From contig CATNEN010000041.1 in assembly GCA_950097015.1 (NCBI GenBank), positions 1,054,001-1,118,000 of the forward strand: a stretch of DNA of 64,000 nt. The letters are read 5' to 3'. Shown one piece after another: positions 12,391-24,655 of the stretch (its first letter is position 1; every line of letters starts with the position of its first letter). The DNA comes from Macrostomum hystrix. Taxonomy: Eukaryota > Animalia > Platyhelminthes. The position numbers and the translations under genes are program-made. The notes below the pieces were generated by a model. That model did not search any database. It was not told the DNA's origin and was given only the letters and a program-made list of their open reading frames with translations.

Positions 12391-14221
12391 GGAGGTCGGA
12401 AAGCATACTATTCGCTGTCCCGGTCAGTTTCCGTATCGAATCCGCAATCAGGCCGTGAGCAGAATGGGCCCTCAGGCTCTCAGCCTCCACCCCAGCGGAC
12501 TGGAAAGAATCGGAAATGCGAAATATCACCTGAGCAGGCCTCAGTTCGCATTGATTTGCATTTTCAGGCCGGAGAGGCCACAGGCACGGCCGAGTATGCA
12601 CGGCCAGATAATTACACCCTGCTGTGCGCAGCGCCAGCACACACGCAGGCGCTGATTATTATTTGTAACCGATGGGCCAGCAAATTAACGATGTGACCGC
12701 TGCAGCTGTTCACTACCTCCATTCTGGGTGGACAAATTATGCAAATTAGGGGCAGAGGCCAGTTAGCCAAGGTGTTCTTGGAATACCCGGTCGGTATAGA
12801 TTGGCGATTGGTACGGATGTAAAACACTGATATCACAGCTATAAAGAAAAGCTCATGATTATATTAATGCCAGTTGGAATTGAGACATTGCATCGAATAT
12901 GGAAAGCCAGATGTGCATTACGAGCGTATAAACATGCCAACTTGCTGATTGTCCAGCCAATACTAAATTTTGCATTGGATACAGGGATTATGAACAGAGA
13001 CCAGTGTACTTTTAAGGTGCTTCACTGGCGTGATACAATATTAGGCCGGTAACTTAATACAATCTTGCAGATAACGATGTTTATGTTCTGCGGTCTGGGT
13101 TTAAGGTAATGGGGATCTTGAAGTTATGGGGATCTTGAGGTGATGGGAATACTTAGGTGATGGGGATATTTTGGGTTACTGCTAGGGTTTGAGTTAGGAT
13201 GGCGATTTTCGGACGATGAGGATCATGAGTTTATGATCTTGAGGTGATTGTGATGTTTAGGCCATAGGGAAAATATTAATTCGGGCTAATTGGGGATATT
13301 AGGTGCTGGGAAATGTTAAATTGATAGGGATTTTTATGTGACGGGAACTTTAGGTGATGGGAAGGGGCACTGAAGTATCTGCTGAAGTGCTCTGTGGACT
13401 TATAATCAGCTTTGGTCCTCGCTTGAGAAATTCAGGCCGCAGAAATCACTACTGGCTCAATGCCATTGGATGATATTTTCAGGCCCCGCAGCTGCTTTAC
13501 CCGGAGTCGCAGCTTTCGTCAGCCGCGGCTGTATCCGGGTGGAATCGATACTAATTAGATCCGCTACACGCCGCAGCTGCGGGTGTCGGGTTGCAGCGGA
13601 TTGGCAAGCCATTGCGGGCCGGTCGCTCTACGCAGTCTCAACTCTCTCTGAATGCCAGTCTGGAAGACTAAAGCCCTACAAGCAATCTAACTACAAGCAG
13701 GTGGCAGATGGAGGGCGTGCCGTTGGGGAATGTAGCCGAATAGCCGACAATTGGGAAGCAGGTAAGCTTGGGATCAAATCCGGTTCTATAATTTGAAGGC
13801 TCGGCCAAACGCCAGTTAAACCAGCAAGGACTAAATTTAGCTTAATTTAGCTTCGACAACGAAGTGCATTTTTAAAGAATTAAAATATAATTCTGTTAGC
13901 GCAGGGAATTCTAGCGGCTATCAGAGGCCATATGTCCAGCATTGAAGCGAGGGATTGAGCGGAGTGCATTAGCACTGGCTGCCCGCTGGTTTAGGACGCT
14001 AGCTGCTTGTAGCGCAAATGTGAAACACTAAATTGCCCCAAATTGCGGCCAAGACTTATGAGCGATAATGAGAATCCCCGGTGGACCGATCCGCACTTAG
14101 CCCATCCTGCTTTAGCCTCGGCACCTGCTACTTTCAAGAATTGACTTTTGCTTTTGGGAATCTCCTATCTATCGCCAATTATCCCCCAGCGGGTGCATCC
14201 CTGGAACATAGTCTACCCCAT

Positions 14222-16990
14222 TGTGTCTACTCTCCCACTCTCCCTGTCTACCCACTCTCCCTTTCTACCCACTCTCCCTGTCTACCCACTCTCCCTGTCT
14301 ACCCACTCTCCCTGTCTACCCACTCTCCTTGTCTATCCACTCTCCATGTCTATCCCCTCTCCTTGTCTATCCACTCTCCCTGTCTACCCACTCTCCATGT
14401 CTACCCAATCTCCTTGTCTACCCACTCTCCCTGTCTACACACTCTCCCTGTCTACCCACTCTCCATGTCTACCCAATCTCCTTGTCTATCCACTCTCCCT
14501 TTCTACCCACTCTCCTTGTCTATCCACTCTCCATGTCTATCCCCTCTCCTTGTCTATCCACTCTCCTTGTCTATCCACTCTCCCTTTCTACCCAACCTCC
14601 TTGTCTACCCACTCTCCCTGTCTACACACTCTCCCTGTCTACCCACTCTCCATGTCTACCCAATCTCCTTGTCTATCCACTCTCCCTTTCTACCCAACCT
14701 CCTTGTCTATCCCCTCTCCCTGTCTATCCACTCTCCCTTTCTACCCAATCTCCCTGTCTACCCAATCTCCTTGTCTACCCACTCTCCTTGTCTACACAAT
14801 CTCCCTGTCTACCCACTCTCCATGTCTACCCAATCTCCTTGTCTACACAATCTCCCTGTCTACCCACTCTCCATGTCTACCCAATCTCCTTGTCTATCCA
14901 CTCTCCCTGTCTACCCACTCTCCATGTCTACCCAATCTCCTTGTCTACCCACTCTCCTTGGCTATCCACTCTCCCTTTCTACCCAACCTCCTTGTCTACC
15001 CACTCTCCCTGTCTACACACTCTCCCTGTCTACCCACTCTCCATGTCTACCCAATCTCCTTGTCTACCCACTCTCCTTGTCTATCCACTCTCCCTTTCTA
15101 CCCAACCTCCTTGTCTATCCCCTCTCCCTGTCTATCCACTCTCCCTTTCTACCCAATCTCCCTGTCTACCCAATCTCCTTGTCTACCCACTCTCCTTGTC
15201 TACACAATCTCCCTGTCTACCCACTCTCCATGTCTACCCAATCTCCTTGTCTACACAATCTCCCTGTCTACCCACTCTCCATGTCTACCCAATCTCCTTG
15301 TCTACCCACTCTCCATGTCTACCCAATCTCCCTGTCTACCCACTCTCCATGTCTACCCCATCTCCTTGTCTACCCACTCTCCTTGTCTACCCAATCTCCT
15401 TGTCTACCCACTCTCCTTGTCCATCCACTCTCCCTGTCTACCCACTCTCCCTGTCTACCCAACCTCCTTGTCTACCCACTCTCCCTGTCTACACAATCTC
15501 CTTGTCTACCCACTCTCCTTGTCCATCCACTCTCCCTGTCTACCCACTCTCCCTGTCTACCCACTCTACCTGTCTACACACTCTCCCTGTCTACCCAATC
15601 TCCTTGTCTACCCACTCCCCTTGTCTATCCACTCTCCCTTTCTACCCAACCTCCTTGTCTACCCACTCTCCTTGTCTATCCACTCTCCCTGTCTACCCAC
15701 TCTCCCTGTCTACCCAATCTCCTTGTCTACCCACTCTCCCTGTCTACACACTCTCCCTGTCTACCCACTCTCCATGTCTACCCAATCTCCTTGTCTATCC
15801 ACTCTCCCTTTCTACCCAACCTCCTTGTCTATCCCCTCTCCCTGTCTATCCACTCTCCCTGTCTACCCACTCTCCTTGTCTACCCACTCTCCTTGTCTAT
15901 CCACTCTCCCTTTCTACCCAACCTCCTTGTCTACCCACTCTCCCTGTCTACACACTCTCCCTGTCTACCCACTCTCCATGTCTACCCAATCTCCTTGTCT
16001 ACCCACTCTCCTTGTCTATCCACTCTCCCTTTCTACCCAACCTCCTTGTCTATCCCCTCTCCCTGTCTATCCACTCTCCCTTTCTACCCAATCTCCCTGT
16101 CTACCCAATCTCCTTGTCTACCCACTCTCCTTGTCTACACAATCTCCCTGTCTACCCACTCTCCATGTCTACCCAATCTCCTTGTCTACCCACTCTCCAT
16201 GTCTACCCAATCTCCTTGTCTACCCACTCTCCATGTCTACCCAATCTCCCTGTCTACCCACTCTCCATGTCTACCCCATCTCCTTGTCTACCCACTCTCC
16301 TTGTCTACCCAATCTCCTTGTCTACCCACTCTCCTTGTCCATCCACTCTCCCTGTCTACCCACTCTCCCTGTCTACCCAACCTCCTTGTCTACCCACTCT
16401 CCCTGTCTACACAATCTCCTTGTCTACCCACTCTCCTTGTCCATCCACTCTCCCTGTCTACCCACTCTCCCTGTCTACCCAACCTCCTTGTCTACCCACT
16501 CTCCCTGTCTACACACTCTCCCTGTCTACCCACTCTCCTTGTCCATCCACTCTCCCTGTCTACCCACTCTCCCTGTCTACCCAACCTCCTTGTCTACCCA
16601 CTCTCCCTGTCTACACAATCTCCTTGTCTACCCACTCTCCTTGTCCATCCACTCTCCCTGTCTACCCACTCTCCCTGTCTACCCAACCTCCTTGTCTACC
16701 CACTCTCCCTGTCTACACACTCTCCCTGTCTACCCAATCTCCTTGTCTACCCACTCTCCTTGTCTATCCACTCTCCCTTTCTACCCAACCTCCTTGTCTA
16801 CCCACTCTCCTTGTCTATCCACTCTCCCTGTCTACCCACTCTCCCTGTCTACCCAATCTCCTTGTCTACCCACTCTCCTTGTCTACCCAATCTCCTTGTG
16901 TACCCACTCTCCTTGTCCATCCACTCTCCCTGTCTACCCACTCTCCCTGTCTACCCACTCTCCCTGTCTACCCACTCTTACTGTCTACCC
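14222..16990. repeat. 17-bp minisatellite (CCTGTCTACCCACTCTC), about 160 copies
   Basis: The 17-bp unit has no stop codon in any + frame, giving three overlapping ORFs over 940 aa that all cycle the same 17-aa motif. Confidence 0.97.
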
Positions 16991-17451
16991 ACCCTACCCA
17001 TTCTTATCGCATCAAATTTCGCTTTCGCTTAGAAAGCTCGAAGCGCTACTGAAAGTATAAAAAAGCGAAAAAAAACTAAATATTTTGAAATATGATGAGG
17101 AATTCGGCAGCTAAAAGTTAGATGCGAAACAATTGATTGCTTGAGAGCTAAAAGGGGTTATATTATATAGCAAGCTAAACAATGCTTTGACACTGCATAT
17201 ACGAGTATAAACACAAATAACTTGCGCAGACAATGTTCTTCTTTTCTCACTAACGGAACGGAAAAAATCATTGGCACATCAGGTGCACGCTTGCATAGTA
17301 TTCAGCACTTAAAAAAGCTATTAAGGAATGATTATTAGATAGCAAAACAAAAATACATAATTGCTTCCGATTTGCTTGTCTGCAGACAATTAGAAACTGC
17401 AGCTGGGAATAACAGAAGCAATGACTAAACAATGACCAGATCAGGTCTATT

Positions 17452-18888
17452 CTATCGCTTTTTTCGCAGCTGCTTGGCCCTCTTCAGCTCGACCTCCTGC
17501 TCCTTGTAGCGCTTGGCCACGTAGAACACGATGTAGAGAATGAGGGCCGGCACCGCCACGAAGGTCAGCAGAGTGCGCAGCGACAGGCCGGACAGGTCCG
17601 ACAGGCCGCCGGAGTCGCGGCTGATGGACACCAGCTTCGTCTCGAAGACAAGCGTGGCATCGGCTGCGGGCATCGAAAGGGTGGGTAAGCGGGCACTGGA
17701 TTGATAGGTGAGTGGGCAGGTGAGTTGGCATTGGATTGGGTGGGTGAGCGGGCACTGGATTGATAGGTGAGTGGGCAGGTGAGTTGGCATTGGATTGGGT
17801 GGGTGAGCGGGCACTGGATTGATAGGTGAGTGGGCAGGTGAGTGGGCATTGGATCGGGTGGGTGAGCGGGCATTGGATCGGGTGGGTGAGTGGGCATTGG
17901 ATCGGGTGGGTGAGCGGGCACTGGATCGGGTGGGTGATGACTGCATCAATGAGATTATTCTATTGCAAAACTGGAATTGAGGGTTTGAATAAACTCACGC
18001 GGAATGACAGGAGGGTGGCCCTGCTTGCCGTAGGCCAGGTCCGGGGGGATCACCAGCTTGCGGACCTCGCTGCAATCAAGCAATACGGAGTGGGGCCGTT
18101 GGAACATGCAGAACAAACGATCTGCATTGAAGACTTGATTGACAGACAGACAGACAGACGGATGGACGGACTTACTCCACACACATGCCGAGCAGTCCCA
18201 GTTACTCCACACACATGCCGAGCAGTCCCAGTTACTCCACACACATGCCGAGCAGTCCCAGTTACTCCACACACATGCCGAGCAGTCCCACTTACTCCAC
18301 ACACATGCCGAGCAGTCCCACTTACTCCACACACATGCCGAGCAGTCCCAGTTACTCCACACACATGCCGAGCAGTCCCACTTACTCCACACATATGCCG
18401 AGCAGTCCCACTTACTCCACACACATGCCGAGCAGTCCCACTTACTCCACACACATGCCGAGCAGTCCCACTTACTCCACACACATGCCGAGCAGTCCCA
18501 CTTACTCCACACACATGCCGAGCAGTCCCAGTTACTCCACACACATGCCGAGCAGTCCCACTTACTCCACACATATGCCGAGCAGTCCCACTTACTCCAC
18601 ACACATGCCGAGCAGTCCCACTTACTCCACACACATGCCGAGCAGTCCCTGCTCCCAGCCGGCAATGACCTGCCGCTTGCCCAGCACAAACTCAATAGGC
18701 TCGTTGCGGCTGTAGGAAGAGTCGAACACCTGGCCGGAGGTGAATTTGCCGGTGTAATGCACTGCCACTCTGTCGTGCTGCCTGACCTGGTCGTCGCAGG
18801 CGGCCGGCTTGCTCAGGGTGGTGATCTCCACGTAGCCAGTCTGACAGGCCAGCGGCAGCAGCAGCAGCAGCAACAGCATGGCTCTCAT
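17452..18888 (-). CDS. FKBP11: FKBP-type peptidyl-prolyl isomerase, FKBP11-like (signal peptide, FKBP domain, TM helix, basic tail), about 181 aa; exons 18888-18626, 18069-17999, 17663-17452
   Basis: The spliced product reads MRAMLLLLLLLPLAC...[80 protein letters not shown]...LLTFVAVPALILYIVFYVAKRYKEQEVELKRAKQLRKKR*. All introns are GT-AG and the phases match (2 and 1). Confidence 0.88.
17690..17938. repeat. About 20-bp-based minisatellite in FKBP intron 2
   Basis: GGGTGGGTGAGCGGGCACTGGAT-type units. Confidence 0.9.
18170..18649 (-). repeat. 30-bp minisatellite x16 made of the last 24 nt of FKBP exon 1 plus the donor GTAAGT
   Basis: Unit on the - strand: GGGACTGCTCGGCATGTGTGTGGA|GTAAGT (11 copies GTAAGT, 5 copies GTAACT). 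Confidence 0.95.
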
Positions 18889-20851
18889 AATGGAGTGTTG
18901 GACTGCAAAATTCCAATTAACTAATTACACTTAAGAGTAAAAGTTTCGACTACAGAAAGTTGCGAGTATCAAGTACATGGTGAACAGTAAAACTAAACTG
19001 AAGAAAGGCAAATAATATGCCATTCTAGAAAAGGAAACTCACAGGGCTGGATAAACTAAATTACATTTTGAAATGATTCAGTTTTTTCTACTAAGGCTCT
19101 ATTGACTTGGCAAGTCAAGAGCAAGGAGTGGCCATTATTCTACTTTTCAAGTAGTGGCTTACTATACATATTGTATAAGTCAACATCCAGCTTTCAGTTC
19201 AAGTGCAGTGCAATTTCTTGGATGACCTGTTTTTATGCTAATGCTAATTTCAATATTAGCCACCTGCTTACCCATCTATAGGCCCTACTATAAGTGATCT
19301 AGATTGCATAATTATATCGCTTCAGCTAAACAATGATCTATACAAACACCAAAAAGGAAAGCAACAGACTGCAATAGACAGCAATGGGACTGCAAAATAC
19401 TACAGTGGGACCAAAACAATAGTTTCTTTCATAATATTGCTTTAAGAGTTGTTAATATTCTGAAATCTTATTAGTTAATTTTTTTAGCAAACCATGTGTT
19501 GTCTTATAATTAACTTAGTAAAATATGTGTGAGTTCAGATTCTATGCATGGTATGATTTGTTTTTGAAAAACAAAACAAACAAAAAGGTAACAAAAATGT
19601 TGACCCTAAGATGATCAAATTACTAGTATCTAATAAACACCATAGACTTATATGTCTGACTAGAAGTAAATAGAAAAAATGCAAAATTAACATATATTAA
19701 CAAAAATAGGACAAAATTTCAATTAAAAAACTTCAGCTAGATGCTATTTATATGCAACTAACATGTTTTTCTAAAAGTATATAAATTTGGTCAACTTTTA
19801 CCCTTTTAATCAAGTTAAATTAAAACAAATATGAGCTATAAATCAGCAGAGCTCATTTAAACCATACCATAGGCCCCTATTAAAAATATAATATAAAAAC
19901 CACTTCTTTGGTCAGTTGCAGTATATTGTGGTCCAATTTCAGTCCATTTGGGTCCTGCTACACAGACCTGCTAAACACTATGAAATCCCGGCAATATATA
20001 TTTAGACTGTACCACATGCTCTATACTAATTATATACAATTTTAAATATACAATATGCTGACTAATTAGCTGAAAGCCAAGCTTACTAGCTAGCTATAGC
20101 TTTTAGCCATTGAAATGGTACATGGCTAGGCTAGCTCTACATATAATAGTAGGTCTAGGCCTAAGCTCAAGATAGGCAAGACGAGCTAGTTAATTTAGTT
20201 AAACTGAACGGACCTAAGTCCTAAGAACATAAAAAACGCACTGTAAAAGTTAAAACATTCACACTGCTCATCCCTGATGAATTCAAGCTAGGCCTATTTA
20301 AGTTTTCATGCCTTGAATACTCATAATTCATAAAAACAAATACTGAAAGTCATCGTATATAAACTGAAAATGGTGTTGTTAATATTGGAACAAAGTTATA
20401 TTCAATACTATCGGTAGTATACAATATTATACGCACTAGCACAAACAAAAAAAATTTTTTTTATTACTAAAAGCTCTATACCATGATGACAAATCAACAA
20501 TATGCGATCGCAGTTACACAGCTTTTCTACGAAATGAGCTGTTCTCATTCATTCAGCTTTGGAAATCGAAAGCCCGGAAATGTGAATTTCATTTAAAAAA
20601 ATAGGTTGCAGCTCCCTATAGGAAGTAGAAAAAACTATGAAACTGTTAGCTGCTTTAGCTAGTAAAGTAGTAACACAACATTTACTGTTAGCTGCACTTT
20701 TAAAAGAAATTTGCTTTTGTAGTGTCCACACAAAGCTCCTCAAATAAATTAACAGATAAACATTTATACACTTCAGGAAAGTCCATACTATAAAAAAAAT
20801 TTTCGCACTGAATTATTTCAACAAAAATTATTTGATCGCTCCTGGCACTTG

Positions 20852-22375
20852 TCAGACATGAGTTGATGTTGCATCAGTTTCAGTCAAGTCTCGAACCCGA
20901 GTGTCCGGCAGACTCCGAATCGGAAATGAAGCCACCAGGCAAGCGAAGCCGAGGGCTGCGAACCTGGCCGGCAGGTAGGGAATGAAGTTCACCAGCGGGG
21001 ACAGCATGCAGCCAATGCGAAGTGTGGCCATTAGGATCCCGAGCCCTGTGTTTCGCACAGCAGTCGGATAGATTTCCGCACCAACTGACATAATGGCACA
21101 AAATGATATGTTAGAAGAGAACTTTCCACCTACGGCCAGGCACACCATGAGAACTGAAATTCTCCAATTAAATTTGTCCTCAGTGACGAATATAAAGATG
21201 GCACCGATTGCGAAGCAGCAGAAGACGGTAGCGATTGCGCAAACGAACAGGGTTCGACTCCTGCTAAATAAGTTCAGTAGCAACAGTGACGGTGGCTCTA
21301 CTGCTCCCATGAGTGCAAATGTTATGTAGATGTTTGGGACTGCGTGAGTGATCACAAACGTGAACCCGTAGTATGCGAATCCACTGCTGAAACTGTACAG
21401 ACAGGTTGACAACAGATAGAACACGACCACTCGGTCTGACACCAGCTTCTTGATTGCCGCACAGAAAGATCCATCACGCACGACCCTTGACTGCAGAGCC
21501 GGTCTCGATGACCCGTGGAATTGCTGAAGCTCGTACTGTTCATCGGCTTCTTCAGGTAGCTGCATCACGTGATCTGAGCCCAGTCTGGTGACACTGTCTG
21601 GCACAGGTCGACGGTTGATCCAGGCGATGCGCTGCAGGGATCGCTTGACTTGATCCAACGATTTTGACTTCTGAGACAGCAGCCAGGACGGACTCTCGGG
21701 CAGGAAGACTGCAACCACGACTGACGGAATGGCCACAATGTTGCTGGCCATCATCAGTTGCTTGTAGTCTCGAGTGACATAGGCCAGAAGGGCCAGTAAT
21801 ATACTTCCGATCGCCGGTCCCAAGTTGTAAGATTTTACGTATCGACTGCGGTACTCCGTCATGAGCACCTCGTTGCCATAGACGAAAATCGAGCCGAGAG
21901 TCCAACTCACAAAGAAGCCGCACACCAGGCGACCAGCCAGGTGTAGCCAGAAGATCGGCGATAGCATGGCCAGTACATTCATCGAGATCGAGCCGAGCAG
22001 TCCAATCAGGACAGCTGGGATTCGACCCAGGGTGTCTGCGGCTGGACCGACCAGCAAGGAGCCGGGAATGCATCCCGCGAGCAGGAACACTGAGGACAGC
22101 TCTCCCAGAGAGGCCTGACCGTCACACAGACCGTACTCTGCACTCACTGACGTTGTGAATCCGTGCCTGCTGCTGCTGTTGGTGCTGATGTTGAGCAGCA
22201 CAGCTTCCACGAATGTTTTGTTGTTATTGCTGCTGCAGGTGAGCAGGTTGTGGAAGGCCCCCCCTGCGATGATGAATCCAGCGAAGCCGCAGGTGACGGA
22301 GCCAGCGATGCACACCAGCAGCTGGTAGGCTCCAAAGCCGCCAATCTCTTCATAAATGGCTTGCAGGTTGGGCAT
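20852..22375 (-). CDS. SLC22-family (MFS) organic cation/anion transporter-like, intronless CDS; likely start MPNLQAIYEEIGGFGAYQ at 22375 (the ORF extends to 22501)
   Basis: About 12 TM helices; SLC22-type N-terminus (IYEEIGGFGAYQ); MFS motif GPAADTLGR; E(V)L...R loop; PESPSWL; AEIYPTAVRNTGLG; C-terminal LPDT. Confidence 0.88.
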   Translation of the reverse strand: MPNLQAIYEEIGGFGAYQLLVCIAGSVTCGFAGFIIAGGAFHNLLTCSSNNNKTFVEAVLLNISTNSSSRHGFTTSVSAEYGLCDGQASLGELSSVFLLAGCIPGSLLVGPAADTLGRIPAVLIGLLGSISMNVLAMLSPIFWLHLAGRLVCGFFVSWTLGSIFVYGNEVLMTEYRSRYVKSYNLGPAIGSILLALLAYVTRDYKQLMMASNIVAIPSVVVAVFLPESPSWLLSQKSKSLDQVKRSLQRIAWINRRPVPDSVTRLGSDHVMQLPEEADEQYELQQFHGSSRPALQSRVVRDGSFCAAIKKLVSDRVVVFYLLSTCLYSFSSGFAYYGFTFVITHAVPNIYITFALMGAVEPPSLLLLNLFSRSRTLFVCAIATVFCCFAIGAIFIFVTEDKFNWRISVLMVCLAVGGKFSSNISFCAIMSVGAEIYPTAVRNTGLGILMATLRIGCMLSPLVNFIPYLPARFAALGFACLVASFPIRSLPDTRVRDLTETDATSTHV

Positions 22376-22968
22376 TTTCACTGTTTGGTCGGAAGCTCCT
22401 GAACTCTGATAAATTCCTTTGCGCTGTGTATATTGTAGCCATGCATGGGCCAGATCTGGCGCTGCTGGGTGCATGGACCGCAGCTTGGACTTGACTTTCA
22501 TTGGCCTGTCTCTGTCCTAATTTTGCTTTCAGCCTGTAACATTTCTTGTCACCGATGCAGCTGCAATGCCAGCGCTACCAATAGATGACAATGCAGTCAA
22601 CAGAAGCTGCTTGCACATACGCACTTGCACACACTGCCAGGTGTTGCCACTTGTAAAATGTGCCATCCACATGTGTAGCGCTCTGTGGTTTCATTATTAA
22701 TGTTGCCGCTGATGCCACCAGATACTGCATGACCTATACTGCAGACAGGCATGCGCCAAAATTGAAAGAATAAAATTTGTCATGCATGCATATAAAATGA
22801 CACGACTGTTTAAACTCAAAATTTAGAAACTCAAATTCGTTTTTAAATCCCAAAAATTTCGGGCCTATGGCAGATTTTTTATTCCCGGCTATAGAATACA
22901 AAAACGCCTCTTAACTACTTACAGTAGCTCGTAAACTAAAATGGTTGTCACAGGAGATCAGTTTTCTC

Positions 22969-23495
22969 GAGTTGGTTGTGACTGAGTTGGTTGTGACTGA
23001 GTTGGTTGTGACTGAGTTGGTTGTGGCTGAGTTGGTTGTGGCTGAGTTGGTTGTGGCTGAGTTGGTTGTGGCTGAGTTGGTTGTGGCTGAGTTGTCTGTG
23101 GCTGAGTTGGTTGTGGCTGAGTTGGTTGTGGCTGAGTTGGTTGTGGCTGAGTTGGTTGTGGCTGAGTTGGTTGTGGCTGAGTTGGTTGTGGCTGAGTTGG
23201 TTGTGACTGAGTTGGTTGTGACTGAGTTGGTTGTGACTGAGTTGGTTGTGACTGAGTTGGTTGTGACTGAGTTGGTTGTGGCTGAGTTGGTTGTGGCTGA
23301 GTTGGTTGTGGCTGAGTTGGTTGTGGCTGAGTTGGTTGTGGCTGAGTTGGTTGTGGCTGAGTTGGTTGTGACTGAGTTGGTTGTGGCTGAGTTGGTTGTG
23401 ACTGAGTTGGTTGTGGCTGAGTTGGTTGTGACTGAGTTGGTTGTGGCTGAGTTGGTTGTGGCTGAGTTGGTTGTGGCTGAGTTGGTTGTGGCTGA
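22969..23495. repeat. 15-bp minisatellite (GAGTTGGTTGTGGCT), about 35 copies
   Basis: Periodicity visible directly in the sequence. Confidence 0.95.
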
Positions 23496-24184
23496 GTGCC
23501 ATATATAGAATGTGCAGTTTCACATTCACCTTCAGATTGACTGGCACCAAATCGATATAAATCCCAAACACTGACAATAACCCAACCGCCAGCACTCATT
23601 GACACGGAGATGTTTGCACTTTTAAGTCTCCAGAGCTTTACCGCAGAAGCGGCGGTCAGCCTTGCGTGATGGCCTCCTTCTGGGAGCCAGGCGGAGAGTA
23701 CTGCACGAGTCCGTTTCCCATTTCCCCCAATGCACTGCTCATGCATTGATAATCTTACAGCAGTCTCACAGAGTGGTTATAAGCGCCGACTCAAGCTTCT
23801 AACTGAGCAGTTTATGAGCAAGCTTGCATAAAGTATGCCTTTGCCATGTCTGGCTCTAAGGATCTCCATTTCCGAGATGAGCTTGTCGTCGTTTTACGGT
23901 TGCTAAGCTGCTCACCAGCTGCTCATATTCAGCTTCGAGTTTCGATATTTTTATTACGTTTTCGGAACGCAAAGAAATTACAAAGACTCTTGAAAATTAG
24001 TAGAATGTTATTTTCAGTTTTAGTAGGCTGGTTTGAGTGGGCGGGCCTCGGAAACAGCGATCAGCCCAGAGTGCTGCGGAGAGCGCGACAGTTTCCTAAA
24101 TTGGACTGCCCGCATTCAGGCATAGCAGAGCAGAGCTAGTTTGGCTAAAAAATTATTCCTCTGCGCTTAAACTTCTCCTGAGAC

Positions 24185-24649
24185 CCCCAGTTCTACTGAG
24201 GTGCGGGTTTCAGGGCCACCAGATCCCCAGTTCTACTGAGGTGCGGGTTTCAGGGCCACCAGATCCCCAGTTCTACTGAGGTGCGGGCTTCAGGACCACC
24301 AGTTCTACTGAGGTGCGGGTTTCAGGACCACCAGTTCTACTGAGGTGCGGGTTTCAGGACCACCAGTTCTACTGAGGTGCGGGCTTCAGGACCACCAGTT
24401 CTACTGAGGTGCGGGTTTCAGGACCACCAGTTCTACTGAGGTGCGGGTTTCAGGACCACCAGTTCTACTGAGGTGCGGGTTTCAGGACCACCAGTTCTAC
24501 TGAGGTGCGGGTTTCAGGACCACCAGTTCTACTGAGGTGCGGGTTTCAGGACCACCAGTTCTACTGAGGTGCGGGTTTCAGGACCACCAGTTCTACTGAG
24601 GTGCGGGTTTCAGGACCACCAGTTCTACTGAGGTGCGGGTTTCAGGGCC
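24185..24649. repeat. 32-bp minisatellite (ACCAGTTCTACTGAGGTGCGGGTTTCAGGACC), about 14 copies, abutting a minus-strand donor at 24655
   Basis: Periodicity visible directly in the sequence. Confidence 0.95.
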
Positions 24650-24655
24650 ACTCAC

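Noticed and set aside
10724-12640. 638-aa His/Thr/Ser/Leu ORF
   Set aside because: Translation of the (GT)/(GAGT) microsatellite
13483-13761. Plus-strand segment bounded by TTTTCAG and CAG|GTAAGC
   Set aside because: No partner exons or recognisable protein; may be non-coding or chance
14081-17060. Three overlapping ORFs of 943-983 aa
   Set aside because: Artefact of a stop-free 17-bp satellite; all three frames cycle the same 17-aa motif
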